Positions 13,924-26,740 of a DNA stretch of 64,000 nt are shown piece by piece (position 1 is the first letter of the stretch; every line of letters starts with the position of its first letter). Source of the DNA: Octopus bimaculoides (taxonomy: Eukaryota); contig NC_068982.1 of NCBI RefSeq assembly GCF_001194135.2, forward strand, positions 110,925,526 to 110,989,525. Direction: 5' to 3'. The translations under genes were made by a program, and so were the position numbers. The notes beneath the pieces are model-generated. The model did no database searches and had not been told where the DNA came from. It worked only from the letters and a program-made list of their open reading frames with translations.

Positions 13924-15537
13924 TGCTTGTAAAGAAAGAGGGGTAATTATAATCGTAGCTGGCATATCGTTGATCATTTGTCTTTTCGATCAGCGCTGCT
14001 TTGGTGATAGACGACGATAACATTTGGTTTATTAATTTGGTCAAGAAGAACTGGCTGAGCTCATTATCATTGCAGTGTCTCAGACGCAGGTAAGGCTGTT
14101 GTCGTTAACATTTGGTTTATAACTGTTGCAAATGAACGACTGAAGCAAAGCAATATCGAAAACTCGCTAATAGTTTATTCTGCCACATGTTCTTCGCACT
14201 ATATATTCATTGTGTACGATCTCAGAGCAGCTCTGCAATGCAGTACTTCTCCCACATATACAGAGTATTATTCTTGACCTACGGCAAATTAGATCATTCC
14301 TGAATGATAAGCTTTATCTACTTTGTAATCTTTAAATTTACGGAAATTTAAAAAAACAAAACAAGACAATCTTTATGTAGATAAGGAACAATGTATATAA
14401 AGTGAAAAATTTAAAACACAAAAAAAACCTTTGATAAGCAAACAAAACAGACAAGCAAAAAAAAAAGGAAACAAGTAAAATAACCAGGTATATATGAATA
14501 TATGAATATTTTACCTGCAAACAGAGACAGGAATAAGATAAATAAGATAAAAATTGTCAGTTTTACATGTAACAAAAAGAAATACTTCATAAAAAAGCAA
14601 AATAAAAGATTTTCTGAAAATAAAAGTGAAAACATTCAACGTAGAATCAAGTGAAAAGCTAAACCTAACGCGATTATTTCGCTTAAGATATAGAGCTAGC
14701 TTGACATATAATCTGAATGCGTGCATTATATAAGTAATATCAGATTCGAAGCAAAATGTATCTCGCTAAAACAATAGAATACTTTTCCGTAAATCCAAAG
14801 AAAATAGGGGAAAGAGGAGCTAAAAGAAAGAATGAAGCTTATGGCAAAGAAAGAAAGGAAGGAATGTACAAGTATGACGAAGTTATGATCAGAGTGGTTT
14901 TGAATACCTGGACGTTTCATACAATTATATGCATTATTAATTATTAATTTCAAACTTATTTGACTGATAATGTCTTTAAGCTAATTTGGTTACTGTTATT
15001 TGTTATGAATACCCAATTATATTTATGAAATTATTCTATGATTATGCTTAATAAATAATATGTGAACGCAAATGTTCTGCGTGTGTAACACCTGCACATA
15101 TTTACACCCCAACACGCAAACCGATCGACATTCGTAAAACATATGGGACCGATAGACATTCATAAAAGTAGGCAGCTTGCACCTAGTTCATCTAAGCTCC
15201 ATCTGTCATCGCTGAGATTGTACAAGTCGGCACATAGTCATTGCTATGTCTTTATGCTCCGTGAATTTGAAAAAATTTGGGAAGACTGGATCTAAAATGT
15301 TCTGCATAAAGAAAATGTTCTGCATAAAGAAAATATGAAATATTTACAAGTCACCTCTTTAGCCATCTTCATGTTTTTGTGATTATTCATCTCATCAACC
15401 GCTTTTGAACTAAGGACTGTATAGAAGCAGACAAATGAACTACTACACAAATCTAACTTTCAGCTCTATGTTTTACTTATATGATCAACTATATCCTATC
15501 AATAGCGTATAAATAAACAATTCCTCACACTAAACAT

Positions 15538-15751
15538 CTGTTTCAAAATTTTAGGACAAGGCCAGCAATTTCAGAGAAGGGGCTAAGTCGATTATGTCGA
15601 TCCAGAGCTCAATCAGTACTTCTTTTTTGTCGAATCAGCAAGGATGAAAGGTATAGTGGACCAGTTGGCATTTGAACCCAGAACGGAAAGACGGACGAAA
15701 TGCCGCTTAGCATTTTGCTTGGCGTGCTAACGACTCAGCCAGCTCGCCGTC
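15538..15751 (-). mobile_element. Meta-domain-like SINE with 14-bp TSD
   Basis: Matches the other copies. TTCCTCACACTAAA at 15521-15534 and 15752-15765. Confidence 0.85.
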
Positions 15752-16016
15752 TTCCTCACACTAAATATTAACCAACTCAACAGTTGGTACGAAACCAATA
15801 CAATTTTGTTGGTTAAATTGGAATATTATCTATACCATCCTTTTTTCTCAATACAACCCTATAAACGTATAGTTTGGAAAAGTACTCTGAGTTTCACTCC
15901 ATGCCCGGCTGTTTATACTGTCATAAACAGACTGATCTGAGAGGGAGTAGAGTGTCCTTTTAATATACTTTACAACTCTTACTTTACAATACCTATATAC
16001 ATACATGCATACATGT

Positions 16017-16387
16017 GGAGGCGCGATGGCCCAATGGTTAGGGCAGCGGACTCGCAGTCATAGGATCGCGGTTTCGATTCCCAGACCGGGCGTTGTGAGT
16101 GTTTATTGAGCGAAAACACCTAAAGGTCCACGAGGCTCCGGCAGGGGATGGTGGCGAACCCTGCTGTACTCTTTCACCACAAATTTCTCTCACTCTTTCT
16201 TCCTGTTTCTGGTGTGCCTGTAATTCAAAGGGTCAGCCTTGTCACACTGTGGTACGCAGAATATCCCCGAGAACTACGTTAAGGGTACACGTGTCTGTGG
16301 AGTGCTCAGCCACTTGCACGTTAATTTCACGAGCAGGCTGTTCCATTGATCGGATCAACTGGAACCCTCGACAACAACAACAACAAC
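16017..16387 (+). mobile_element. Full-length SINE with tRNA-Arg-like head and (ACA)n tail
   Basis: GGCGCGATGGCCCAATGGTTAGGGCAGCGGACTCGC... with A-box TGGCCCAATGG and B-box GTTTCGATTCC, then about 290 nt of body and an (ACA)n tail. Resembles described octopus tRNA-derived SINEs; family name not verified. Confidence 0.85.
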
Positions 16388-16797
16388 ATACATACATATA
16401 TGTGTGTGTGTGTGTGTTGTGTACACATGTATGTGTGTGTGCACGTGTGTGTGTGTACGTGTGTGTGTGCTGTAAGTTGGGAAAAAATATTTTGACAGCA
16501 CGAAACATTCAAACTGGTTCTATTTCACTCTAAAAGTTCGGCGATAAAGAAATAGGTCTGGAGTTATGAGGGTGTTTCGTCGATGAGATGACGAAGAACT
16601 ATTCAGCTGATTGATTCATCAAACAATCAATTCTATTATTGGTAAATTAGTTAGCTGCTTGATTAATAAGACAAAGAAGTGAAAAAGAACCAGTGTTATT
16701 CGTCTAGGCTATGCAACCCTCTCAAGATAGCATCTATTTCAACACGCAATTGCACATCAAGTATCTTGCAAAACGATTATGATACACAAACACGCGT

Positions 16798-16970
<173 letters not shown>

Positions 16971-17075
16971 CATGCGTATGGAAGTATACCTAAATATATA
17001 TATATTTAAATAGGCATGTGTGTTTGCTTTTACATTGTTGTGCTTATGTTCATTTATATATAAAATCTTTACATA

Positions 17076-17116
17076 GGCGCAGCGTGGCTGTGTGGTAAGA
17101 AGTTTGCTTTCCAACC
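17076..17116 (+). mobile_element. Head-only fragment of the CORE-like SINE
   Basis: ggcgcagcgtggctgtgtggtaagaagtttgctttccaacc matches the head at 5087. Confidence 0.75.
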
Positions 17117-17123
17117 TTGTTTG

Positions 17124-17730
17124 TACGCAACCTTGTTTGTACCATTCCTTACATGAAAAGGATTTGATGAAGCACCATCTGACTTAACAGAAGCGTCTAT
17201 CTTTTGATGGAAGGATGTTAGAACACTGAGCATCTTATTAGGAATGTCAGTCTTCTTGAGGACTAACTACAATGCAGGTTGACGGAGTCAAAAGGCTTTG
17301 ATAAACCAACAAAGACTATAAGTAATTCACTTCTCTTCTCACGTACTTTCTCTGCAATCCGTTGCAATCAATACATCACAGGTATTATTCTTCTCCAAGC
17401 CCTAAAGCTACACTGTGATTTAGGAGAAGCAGGATCTACCAGGTCAATTTTTATTCTGTTGAGGACTCGATCAAGTATCTTGTCCGCCACAATGATATAC
17501 TCCGATGGTTGCCGCACAATTCTTTTTTCTATTTTTGTTTAAACAGATCAGTTTCCTCGAAATCAAAACGAACAAATCCAAAAGATAATTCACAAGTAGA
17601 TCACCTCCATATCTGTACACCACGGCTGGTATTGCTTCATTGTCATCAGAGGACTTACAAAACGCCATTTGTTTTTAGCAATTTTAACATCAACATGTTC
17701 AAAGTCAAATTCAGGGATTTTCGGCCTTAA
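17124..17730 (-). mobile_element. RTE-clade LINE reverse-transcriptase fragment (pseudogenised)
   Basis: IPAVVYRYGG..LLDLF / CGNHRSISL / KILDRVLNR..PKSQCSFR..EKVRE..IVFVGLSKPFDSV / IPNKM..SFHQ..V.SDG.S.PF.V.NG / KQGCV, colinear with RTE RT motifs. Confidence 0.85.
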
Positions 17731-17770
17731 AGGAACAGTGTATATGTATATGTACACAACGGCGCGTGCG

Positions 17771-17810
<40 letters not shown>

Positions 17811-18734
17811 CTTATAAATATCCTTGACATGTGTAAGGTACATGGTGGAGTACTTTATAAGTATTTAGAAAAGTAAGTAAAATAATTTCTATTTATAGTA
17901 TCTTATGGGGGGATACATGTAGGATAAGGTTTCATCACATATAGACATATTTGAAATACTGAAACAAATTCTGGACAAGCCTGATAAGAACTTTTGTTTT
18001 GTTTCAAGAACGATCTGAAAGAAAACGTGTTGGGAGTCATTTTGCAGGAATCCTTAGTTACGCATGTGCTTCAATAAGTTCGCAGATAGATGTATTTGCT
18101 TGCTGGAACTCTCTACTGCTGATGTAGTGATAGGGGCACCGTCATGGCATGTTGTACACCAGTCTTCTCCAGCTTTTGCAACTACCTAACAGAAGTTATA
18201 ACATTCGTGAACTGGCAGAAAGGGAGGTCGACCTAATCAGCCATTTTGACAGAGCTTCCATCAAATTTGTAATGGAAATGAGTGTGGAAAATATTCACGA
18301 CAAATGCAAACATTGTCGTAGCAATGAACATCTGTGTACAAGGACCGACACAACAAGAGCTTCACAGACAAAGATTGCAGTAACCAAATCAAAATCAATA
18401 TGACAGACAGGAACAACAATGCATTGTTATCCCTCAACTTCTTGAACGCACACGAGACATAAACACTCAATCAAGAAATGAAGAGAAAGATATAAGTATT
18501 AGAAGATCATCTCATATTCGGACCATACGACAAACAAGTAGGTCTGCAGGACTAGTCGACATTACATGAGTCTCGCAAAGATTTTTTCATAAAGATATAC
18601 ATACAAGCATACATACATACATACATACATACACACAGTCATACATACATACATACATACATACATACAAATACACACAAGCATATATACATACATATAA
18701 CATACATACATACATATATATTTACTGTTTTGCT

Positions 18735-18796
18735 CTTTTACTCGTTTCAGTCATTTGACAGTGGCCATGCTGGAGCACCGCCTTTTGCTGGAGCAC
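18735..18796 (-). mobile_element. 3' tail fragment of the CORE-like SINE
   Basis: cttttactcgtttcagtcatttgacagtggccatgctggagcacc is the reverse complement of the tail at 5420-5470. Confidence 0.7.
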
Positions 18797-20169
18797 CTAT
18801 ATACATACACAGAAACGTATGTATGTATATATAAATCATTAAGAGGAAGTAGGATTTAGAACAGCGGGACGTACGAGACAAGCATTTGAAATTTACACGT
18901 TAAAGCGTTACGTGGCTGCGTTGCTAGGTCAAAAGCTAGATTGCAATGACCAAGGAGCGCCAAACGCATTCATATTCTAGTATGGTTTTAGTCGGGATTC
19001 TTAATGTATAAATTAGAAAAAAAATACTAAGACCGTATACAAAATAGAAAATGCATCTAGTTTTTACAGTCGAATGAAAAGCACTTCTGTTTACATATTC
19101 TCAAGCAAAATATACAAGAGAAAACAAAGAGTGAAAACTATGCAATAATAGACGTTGAATTCAATGTTGTAAAATATTAAACCTTCTTTATTAGGAACTG
19201 GAATAGTACAGCAAAATGAAGTGCACGGTTAAATGTAGAGTGAATTCAATCAACGGTACACATTTGAGCTTCAATATTTTAAATACACATAAGTTGAGAT
19301 TATGTCAACAGCATAATTAGTTTAAAATTAGCGAAATGTAGACACCATACAAACAATATTTGCACACAGAAACAATATAATTAAAATTAAACCTATTATA
19401 AATGGGATACAGCATTGTTTTCAACAGTACGCAAACATACGCAGATGTAAACAGAACTATGGTACATTTTATTATTATGGGTTGTACAAAATTATATATA
19501 CAAATCCGGAAATTAATCCGCGGGATTTCTGCATTTGTCTTACTATCTGTAATAATTTCTTTTATTTAGTTACAGTGTTCGTGGAGTGAAGAAGTAGTGT
19601 AGCATGCAGCAAATACATTCTTAAGTATCTAGATAAACACATCAAGTAATATCTATTTAAGAATTAAAAGTTTCAAATAAGAGAACAAAACCAAATTCAT
19701 CCTGACATATTAACGATAAAACAGTTGATTCTTTTGCAACACAGACGACGAGAAACTTCAAATGTAAAACCTTACTGCATCCTGGTAATATACTTATCGT
19801 CTAATTTCTAAAATTTATTCTGGAGCACTTGTACAACTAGTTGAGTCTCTAGGGAAATCAAAACGCTTGCAGTTTGCTAGCAAATTTCCAGATATGTTTA
19901 TATGGATGGAACAATTTAACTATCTGAATTTAACGGCATGAAAAATATTTTCGTTCTTAAAATAATCCAAGAAAATATTTGTTTTATCTTAATACTGACA
20001 TTTATCTATGATTAAAAATGTTACTTTATATAATTGATGTTCGAATTTGAAGGAAAAAATGTTTAAAAATATTGAATAGTTGCACTCTCCAAAGTGTTTT
20101 TAATACATATCTATTCAAAAGTTAATTAAATAATTAAAAGAAAATATTGCAAACAACTCTATGCACGAA

Positions 20170-20760
20170 TATATACAATCATCAGTCCTTGTATCTACAG
20201 CAAACTATATACTAGATTTTTCTTATATGCTTTATTTCTATATTAGTTCCGTTAAGATTGCCGACGAATTACTAAAATAAATCCCAGTTCAACAAGTATA
20301 TTTTATTTAAAGAAATCTAATTCTAAGACGTTCAGTTATATTTGTGGCATATTTTTGTTTTCCATATTATTGGAAGTTTTGTATTCACATATCCTATGCA
20401 TTTTAGCAATTACATCTTTTACTACACCAAATATCCATTTGTTATTCGATATGTTGTGAAATACTTCTGACATTTTCTGATTTTTATTTTTCTACATGTT
20501 TATCGACAAATCTATGTATAGATTTTTGGAGCTTATCACAGGCATATTTATATGTATTTTATATTAGCATCCATATATTACTTTCACCAGATTGATTTGT
20601 ATATTAAAAAGATTTTCTAAAAGGATTTTCTGATTTACTTGTGATAATCAATTACTTTCAAAGTTCTAAAAGAAAAGAAAGGTTAACTACTTTTTAATAA
20701 TATAACAAGTGATTGACAGACCGGTTTCGATTCTCTCTTGACTCCACTACATCATTAATA
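20170..20760 (-). mobile_element. Possible ancient Penelope-like element relic
   Basis: Frameshifted FSNSSAILTELI and RYKD**LYIF weakly resemble PLE RT motifs. A pLTR-type CGAAACCGGTC lies at about 20718-20729. Highly decayed. Confidence 0.3.
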
Positions 20761-22736
20761 AGACATAATAAATACAGCAGAATTTCTTGTCTATAAATAT
20801 GAGACTTTGGGTCTTGTCAAAAGAAATCAAAATTATGGAAAACAGACAAATCATAAATCAAAAGCAATGATATAACAATTTTATAACAGAAGTGGTTTAA
20901 TGTAAACTGTATTCTTTTTTGTTTGCATTGTCATGGATTTATTTTCTACTGACAAGCATAAATCTACCCAGATATAAATATTTTATTTTTCATATTTATT
21001 AGTATCATTTATGTCCAGTAGTCTTGGATCTATTTAAGAAAACAGTATTATACACGTTCAGTGGACAGCGAGTTGTCGACCAAAACGCCTTGCAGTATCT
21101 AGTTGCTTACTTTTATGTCCTGAGTTCCAATCCTGCTAAAATCAAATCAAATACTGAAGACAGATATAACCCGCTATATTGCACAGTCTACACATTTATG
21201 GCTTTGTTAGAAAGAGGAGTAGCAGATTATTCCCAATTTTGAGTACACATCTATTGCTGAGCCATTTGTTTCTCAGGAAGCAACAAATATCAGCGTGAAT
21301 ACTATCGCCAATTCTAAAATTTTTATTTACCTTTGTGAAAAATTATTTTGAAAACATTTTAATCGCAGTCTTAATCAGATCAGATAAAATTGGCAGAATT
21401 GTTTGAGTGTTGGACAGAATGTCTTTTGGTAATTTGTAACGGTCCTTTACGATCTGAATTTAAAGGAGATCAAATTTTCCCGTTATTGCTCCAGGATCAT
21501 TCAAGAAAGCCCTATTCAAGTACTAAGATCAATGTATATTCATGTGATGTCTTAATATGTGCATAATAAAAAAGCAATAGACAAATTTTGGTCTAAAAAT
21601 GCGTTAAAATGTATGTTTTTAACGTGTCTAGATTCTTCTTAGATACTTGAGAAGAGACGACAATGTCACATTACATATGAATACATAAAATAGACATATC
21701 CATCCATCCATCCCTCCATCCCTCTCTCCATCCCTCCATCCATACATACATACATGCATACGTACATGCATACATACATGCATGCATACATGCGTGCATA
21801 CATGCATACATGTGTATGCATGTATACCTATTCTGATAAAAAATATCGGAAAGTAGTGGAAAAATGTAAACTGATGATTTTACTTTTAGTCTGTTATTTC
21901 CAACTAACATTGTAGTTAGCTTTTTACACATACACATGTGCACTCACACACACAAACACACACACACATGCATACAGACATACACACAGACCCACAGACG
22001 CACAGTCTTTCTTATTCACACAATCACTCCCACTGTTTCTTTCTCTCTCTTTCTCTGTATACACACACGCACTCGCATGCACACACATGTATGCATCCGT
22101 GTGCATGTATGAGCATGCATGTGTGTGTGCGTGTGAGTGTGTGTGTATCTGTGTTTCTTTTTCGAAATTTCTCGAATCCTATTAGTGAAACTACTATGTT
22201 AGTGTGTAGATCAGGGCGAGCAATCACGTAGAATTTTTCTCAGAAAAATATGTATTTTTCCTGTAATTGTCTGCTCGGATATTTAGAATTTAACACCATG
22301 GAAAATAAAATTACCCAAATGAACGAAGAGATGCTTGCTTATAATTAACTATAATAGTTGTGGGCTACACGGGGTTAAAATATTTAAATTTTGAGACTTG
22401 AACATTTTTAGCTTAATCCAAGAAATTATATTAGTAATCACATATTAATTAACATTGCACTAAGGGTTATAGATTCGCTGAATAGGGACAAAATGGTTTG
22501 CACTATGTTTTTCGTCTCTCTTCGTTCTGATTTGTAACACCACTGAAATTGGCTTTGCCGTTCATTATTCCGAATGAAGGCCAATCTTAAAATGATATAA
22601 CATACTTTCCCAAAAAAGAAAAAAGAACAAACGATGTGACCTTGCTTCTGTATTAGAAATTGATATTTATTAGTTGAGGGTAGTAGATGCAACATAGGTA
22701 AAAGATGGTAGATGTATTGAAATATTCATACGACTC

Positions 22737-22830
22737 TACGTTCTTATTTTAAATGCCGATGATGTTACTGCTTTTCATCATTAAGTAGTTGATAAAATAA
22801 ATACTGGTCGAACACTGGGGTTGATTATCC
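22737..22830 (+). mobile_element. Degenerate Meta-domain-like SINE fragment
   Basis: gcttttcatcattaagtagttgataaaataaatactggtcgaacactggggttgat aligns with the central domain of the other copies. Confidence 0.45.
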
Positions 22831-22842
22831 CTAAAAGATAAC

Positions 22843-25800
22843 AGAGTAAGGAGGAGGAAGTGGACCAGCGAAGAAAACAGGATAGTGATGTGCTATTTAG
22901 AAAGTGAACCTAAAAGAAGGGGCTATAGAAAACGGATGTTAACACTTTGGGTATAGTAGGGTATGTTTAAAGTGACTGAGCAGGGATTAGTTGATCAAGG
23001 TAATGCTTTTAGGAGAAGACAGTGGATGATAGAATTGGAGGTAGAAGAGATCACAAGAGAAATGAAAAAGAAAGACCAGGCAGTAGGAAATACAAGCAAC
23101 AACATAAGAGATACAGCTCAGACCAAAGAAGAACCTAAAGAAAAAAATATTAACAGTGCTACCAATAAGAAAGGGACAACTGGCACCAGCGACTTAAGTG
23201 ATTTCAGTGAAGAAGACCAAAATATTTTAGATGAGTTGCAGGAAGTAATGAGTAAAGAAGTAAGAAAAAGATTGCCAGCATTAAAAGGCACCAATAGAAG
23301 GAAGCTGCTAGAAATGACTAGGAAAGTAAATTCTGTTATCAGTAGGATAGATACTAAAAATATAGGAGACACTAACTTACTGATCTATGCAGAAGGAGCA
23401 AGTAGTCACTAGAAGATTAGATATCTCACAGAGAAAGATTAAAAAAGAACAAATGTTGAAAAAGAGACTACAAAATAAAGTGAAGACTTTAAGATAAGAT
23501 CTGAGTAAAATAGAAAACAGGAAACTGAACAAGTTAGGAAACACAAGATACAAATCTTCCCTTGAGAAAAGATATTTAGTCAAAGAGAAAGGATTTGGGA
23601 CAATAATAGAAGAATTGAAACAGCGTGTCATAGCAGTAACAGGGAAGCTCTTCAGATATCAGAAAAGAATAGATCAGTATCAACAGAATAGATTATTTGA
23701 AGCAGACCAGAGGAGATTTTATAACCAAATAAATAGTGGAGAATGAAGTACCGAAGATGAGAAACCTAATGCACAAGAAGTTAGAAAGTTCTGGAGTCAT
23801 ATTTGGGATAAGCCAGTCAATCATAATGGAGATGTAATATGGTTAAAGAAAGTGAGGGAAGAAATAGTGAGTGAGAAGCAGCCAGATCTAAGACTAACTA
23901 GTGCATTAATGAGTAAAGTGTTAGGAAAAATGCCGAATTGGAAGGGCCCAAGACCAGATGTAGTCCAAGGGTACTGGCTAAAGAAATTTACTAGTTTACA
24001 TGGCAGGCTGAAGGAACAACTTCAAGATTGCCTTAATGGAGGAATAATACCAGATTGGATGACTAGAGGGAGGATTGTGAAAGATAAGAGCAAGGGTAAT
24101 ACAACTAGCAACTATAGACCAATCACTTGCTTACCATGAATGTGGAAGCTCTTAACAGGAATGCTTGCAGAAAGCATTTACGAGCACCTTGACCATCAGA
24201 ATTTACTGACAGAAGAACAAAGCTAGAAAGCTAGAAAGCTAGTAAAAGCTAGAAAGAAAAACCTAACAATAGCATGGATAAATTATAGGAAAGCCTATGA
24301 CATGATCCCACACTGATGGATAAGTAAATGTTTGAAAATATTCAGTATAGCAGACAACATAAGAGAATTAATTAGCTTAAGCACGAAGAAATGGAAAGTA
24401 GATCTATACTCAGGTGACACACTCTTAGGAATCTTTCAGGGGGACGCATTATCCCCTGTAATATTTGTTGTATGTTTGATCCCCTCAGTTTAGTATTAAG
24501 GAAGGCAAAGGCAGGGTATCAGTAATGGAAAAAGTAATCATTTGCTCTACAAGGATGATCTGAAGTTTTTTTAGTACGAATGAAAATGTGATAGATTCCT
24601 TAATACAGACTGTAAGACTCTTCAGCAAAGTTATAAGCATGCAATTTGGCATAGATAAGTGTGCAATATTAGTCATGGGAAGGAGACAGGTAGTTAACAC
24701 CGAAGGCATCCAATTACCAGATGGCCAGATATTAAAATCATTGAAAGGATGAGAGAGTTATAAGTATCTAGGAGTATTAGAATCTGACAGAGTACTAACT
24801 ATTGAAATGAAAACGAAAATTGAGAAACAGCACATCAGAAGGGTGAGGAAGCTAATGAAGTCAAAGCTAAATGGTCCGAATCTGGTGAAGGTTGTAAATA
24901 CTTGGGGGCAGTATCATTACTTAGATACTCAGCAGCTTTTGTAGATTGGATAAAAACTGAATTAGCAAAGCTAGACAGAAGAAGTAAGAAGAAGGAATAT
25001 GAATGGCGAGATCCACCCAAGGGCAGGAGTAGCAAGATTATACTTACCTAGAAAGGAAGGCAGAAGAAGGTTAATATCAGTAGAAGAGTGTGTAGAGTTA
25101 GCTAGAGCAGATATAGACTCCTATGTAGGTAATAGTGAAGTAATGTTATTAAAAGCTGCTAGAGCCACGTCAAGACATAGGGAAACCAATAACATAAACG
25201 AAGTTAAAAATCAGGAAAAAGAACAGAAATTACCTGATTTTAGGAGAAGGCGTTGCATAGTAGAATCCCAAAAGATAGTTGCAGCAAATAGCAGTAGTGA
25301 GATATGGCTATGGTTGCAGAAATGAAAGCTGAAGGGGGAGACAGGAAGTTTGTTAGTAGCTGCATAAGATCAAGCATTAAGGACGAATTAGATAAAAGCC
25401 AAACTAGACAAAAAACAAGTAGATTCCCAATGTAGGTTGTTATGCAAATCAAAAGAGAAAAGAATTACTCATATAATAAGTGAATGTAGTATACTGGCAC
25501 AGAAAGAATACAAGAAAAGATATGGCAACCTAGGGAGAGTAAACCACTGGGGGTAATGTAGAAAGCTAGGATTTGACCATACCGATAAATGGTATGAACA
25601 TGAACCTAGTGAAGTACTAGAAAGCAAGAAACGTAAAATGTAGGGGGACTTCAACATTCAAACGGATAGAGTAATAAAAGCTAGAAAGCTTGATTTAGTA
25701 GAAGTAGACAAAGAGAATAGGAAGTGCCATATAATTGCCATTAGAGTCCCAATTGATGAGAAAGTTAATATGAGCGGTATAGAGAAAATAACAAAGTACC

Positions 25801-26030
25801 AGGACCTTGCTATTGAATCACAGAAGCTATGGAAAGTGCAGGTAGAATATATCCCTGTAGTTATAGATTTGAACAGATAGTTAGAAGAAATAGGCATAAA
25901 ATCTCGTTTAGTACAGCTCCTGAAAACAGTATTGTTACGGACAGCTAAATTTTTTAGGAGTGTTCTTGGCATATAAGATTACTTGTTAGGAATTTTTCTT
26001 TTCCAACAGTTTAATAAGTTGTATATAAAG
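22843..26030 (+). mobile_element. Near-full-length but disrupted R4/Dong-clade retrotransposon (Myb-like, RT, CCHC, REL)
   Basis: RRRKWTSEEN..RGYRKRM; NWKGPRPD..GYWLK; SNYRPITCLP; YRKAYD; IFQGDALSP; HLLYKDDLK; YKYLG; RLYLPRKEGRR; CRL.CK...THIISEC; KWYEHEP; FNIQTDRVIKARKLDL; KYQDL. Stop at 25974-25976, then a short UTR running into (AAT/AAC)n. Many stops, frameshifts and deletions. Confidence 0.95.
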
Positions 26031-26133
26031 TAATAATAATAATAACAACAACAACAGCAACAACACCAACAACAACAACAATAATAATAATAATAATAAT
26101 AGCAACAACAACAACAACAACAATAATAATAAT
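26031..26133. repeat. Compound (AAT)/(AAC)n microsatellite at the R4/Dong 3' end
   Basis: Direct inspection. Confidence 0.95.
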
Positions 26134-26347
26134 CTTTTCTACTAAAAGCACAAGGCCCGAAATTTGTGGGAAGGGGCTTAGTCGATTACATTGACACCCG
26201 TATTTCACTGGTACTTAATTTAACGACCCGGAAAGGATGAAAGGCAAAGTCAACCTCGGCTGAATTTGAACTCAGAACGGAAGTACGGACGAAATGCCGC
26301 TAAGTATTTCACCCGGTGTGCTAACGATTTTGCCAGCTCACCGCCTT
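26134..26347 (-). mobile_element. Meta-domain-like SINE (first of a tandem pair)
   Basis: Complete head-to-tail match to 45284-45497. Confidence 0.9.
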
Positions 26348-26362
26348 AATAATAACAATAAT

Positions 26363-26576
26363 TCTTCCTACTAAAGGCACAAGGCCTGAAATTTGCTGGG
26401 TGGGAACTAGTCGATTACTCCGACCCCATTGTTTCACTGGTACTTAATTTATTGACCCTGAAAGGATAAAAGGCAAAGTCGACCTCAGCGGAATTTGAAC
26501 TCAGGACGTAGCAGTAGACGAAATACCGTTAAGCATTTCGCCCGGCGTGCTAACGATTCTTGCTGCTTGCCGCATT
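26363..26576 (-). mobile_element. Meta-domain-like SINE (second of a tandem pair)
   Basis: Same family, separated from the first by a short AAT run. Confidence 0.9.
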
Positions 26577-26650
26577 AATAATAATAACAGCTAACTAATT
26601 ATTACTTTCAGGAGACTACATATTACAAGCTAAACCGTGTCACTTAGCAA

Positions 26651-26740
26651 TGTGCAATGTTAGTCTTGGGAAGGGGACAGGTAGTTAACTCCGAAGGCAT
26701 CCTATTACCAGATGATCAGACATTAAAGTTATTGAAAGAT
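26651..26740 (+). mobile_element. Isolated 90-bp internal fragment of the R4/Dong family at 22.8-26.0 kb
   Basis: About 85% similar to 24661-24750 (tgtgcaat…gtagttaac…ccgaaggcatcc…ttaccagatg). Confidence 0.8.

Noticed and set aside
15294-15334. Perfect 18-bp tandem duplication (similar cases at 40139-40188 and about 46826-46878)
   Set aside because: Ordinary slippage or repair duplications; only two units with no spacer structure.
16020-16092. Functional tRNA-Arg gene
   Set aside because: Acceptor and anticodon stems do not pair properly and the sequence continues into a SINE body and tail; treated as a SINE head.
18000-18450. Possible Penelope RT remnant on the plus strand
   Set aside because: Only vague similarity (for example IKINM..NNALL); the catalytic motif is not recoverable.
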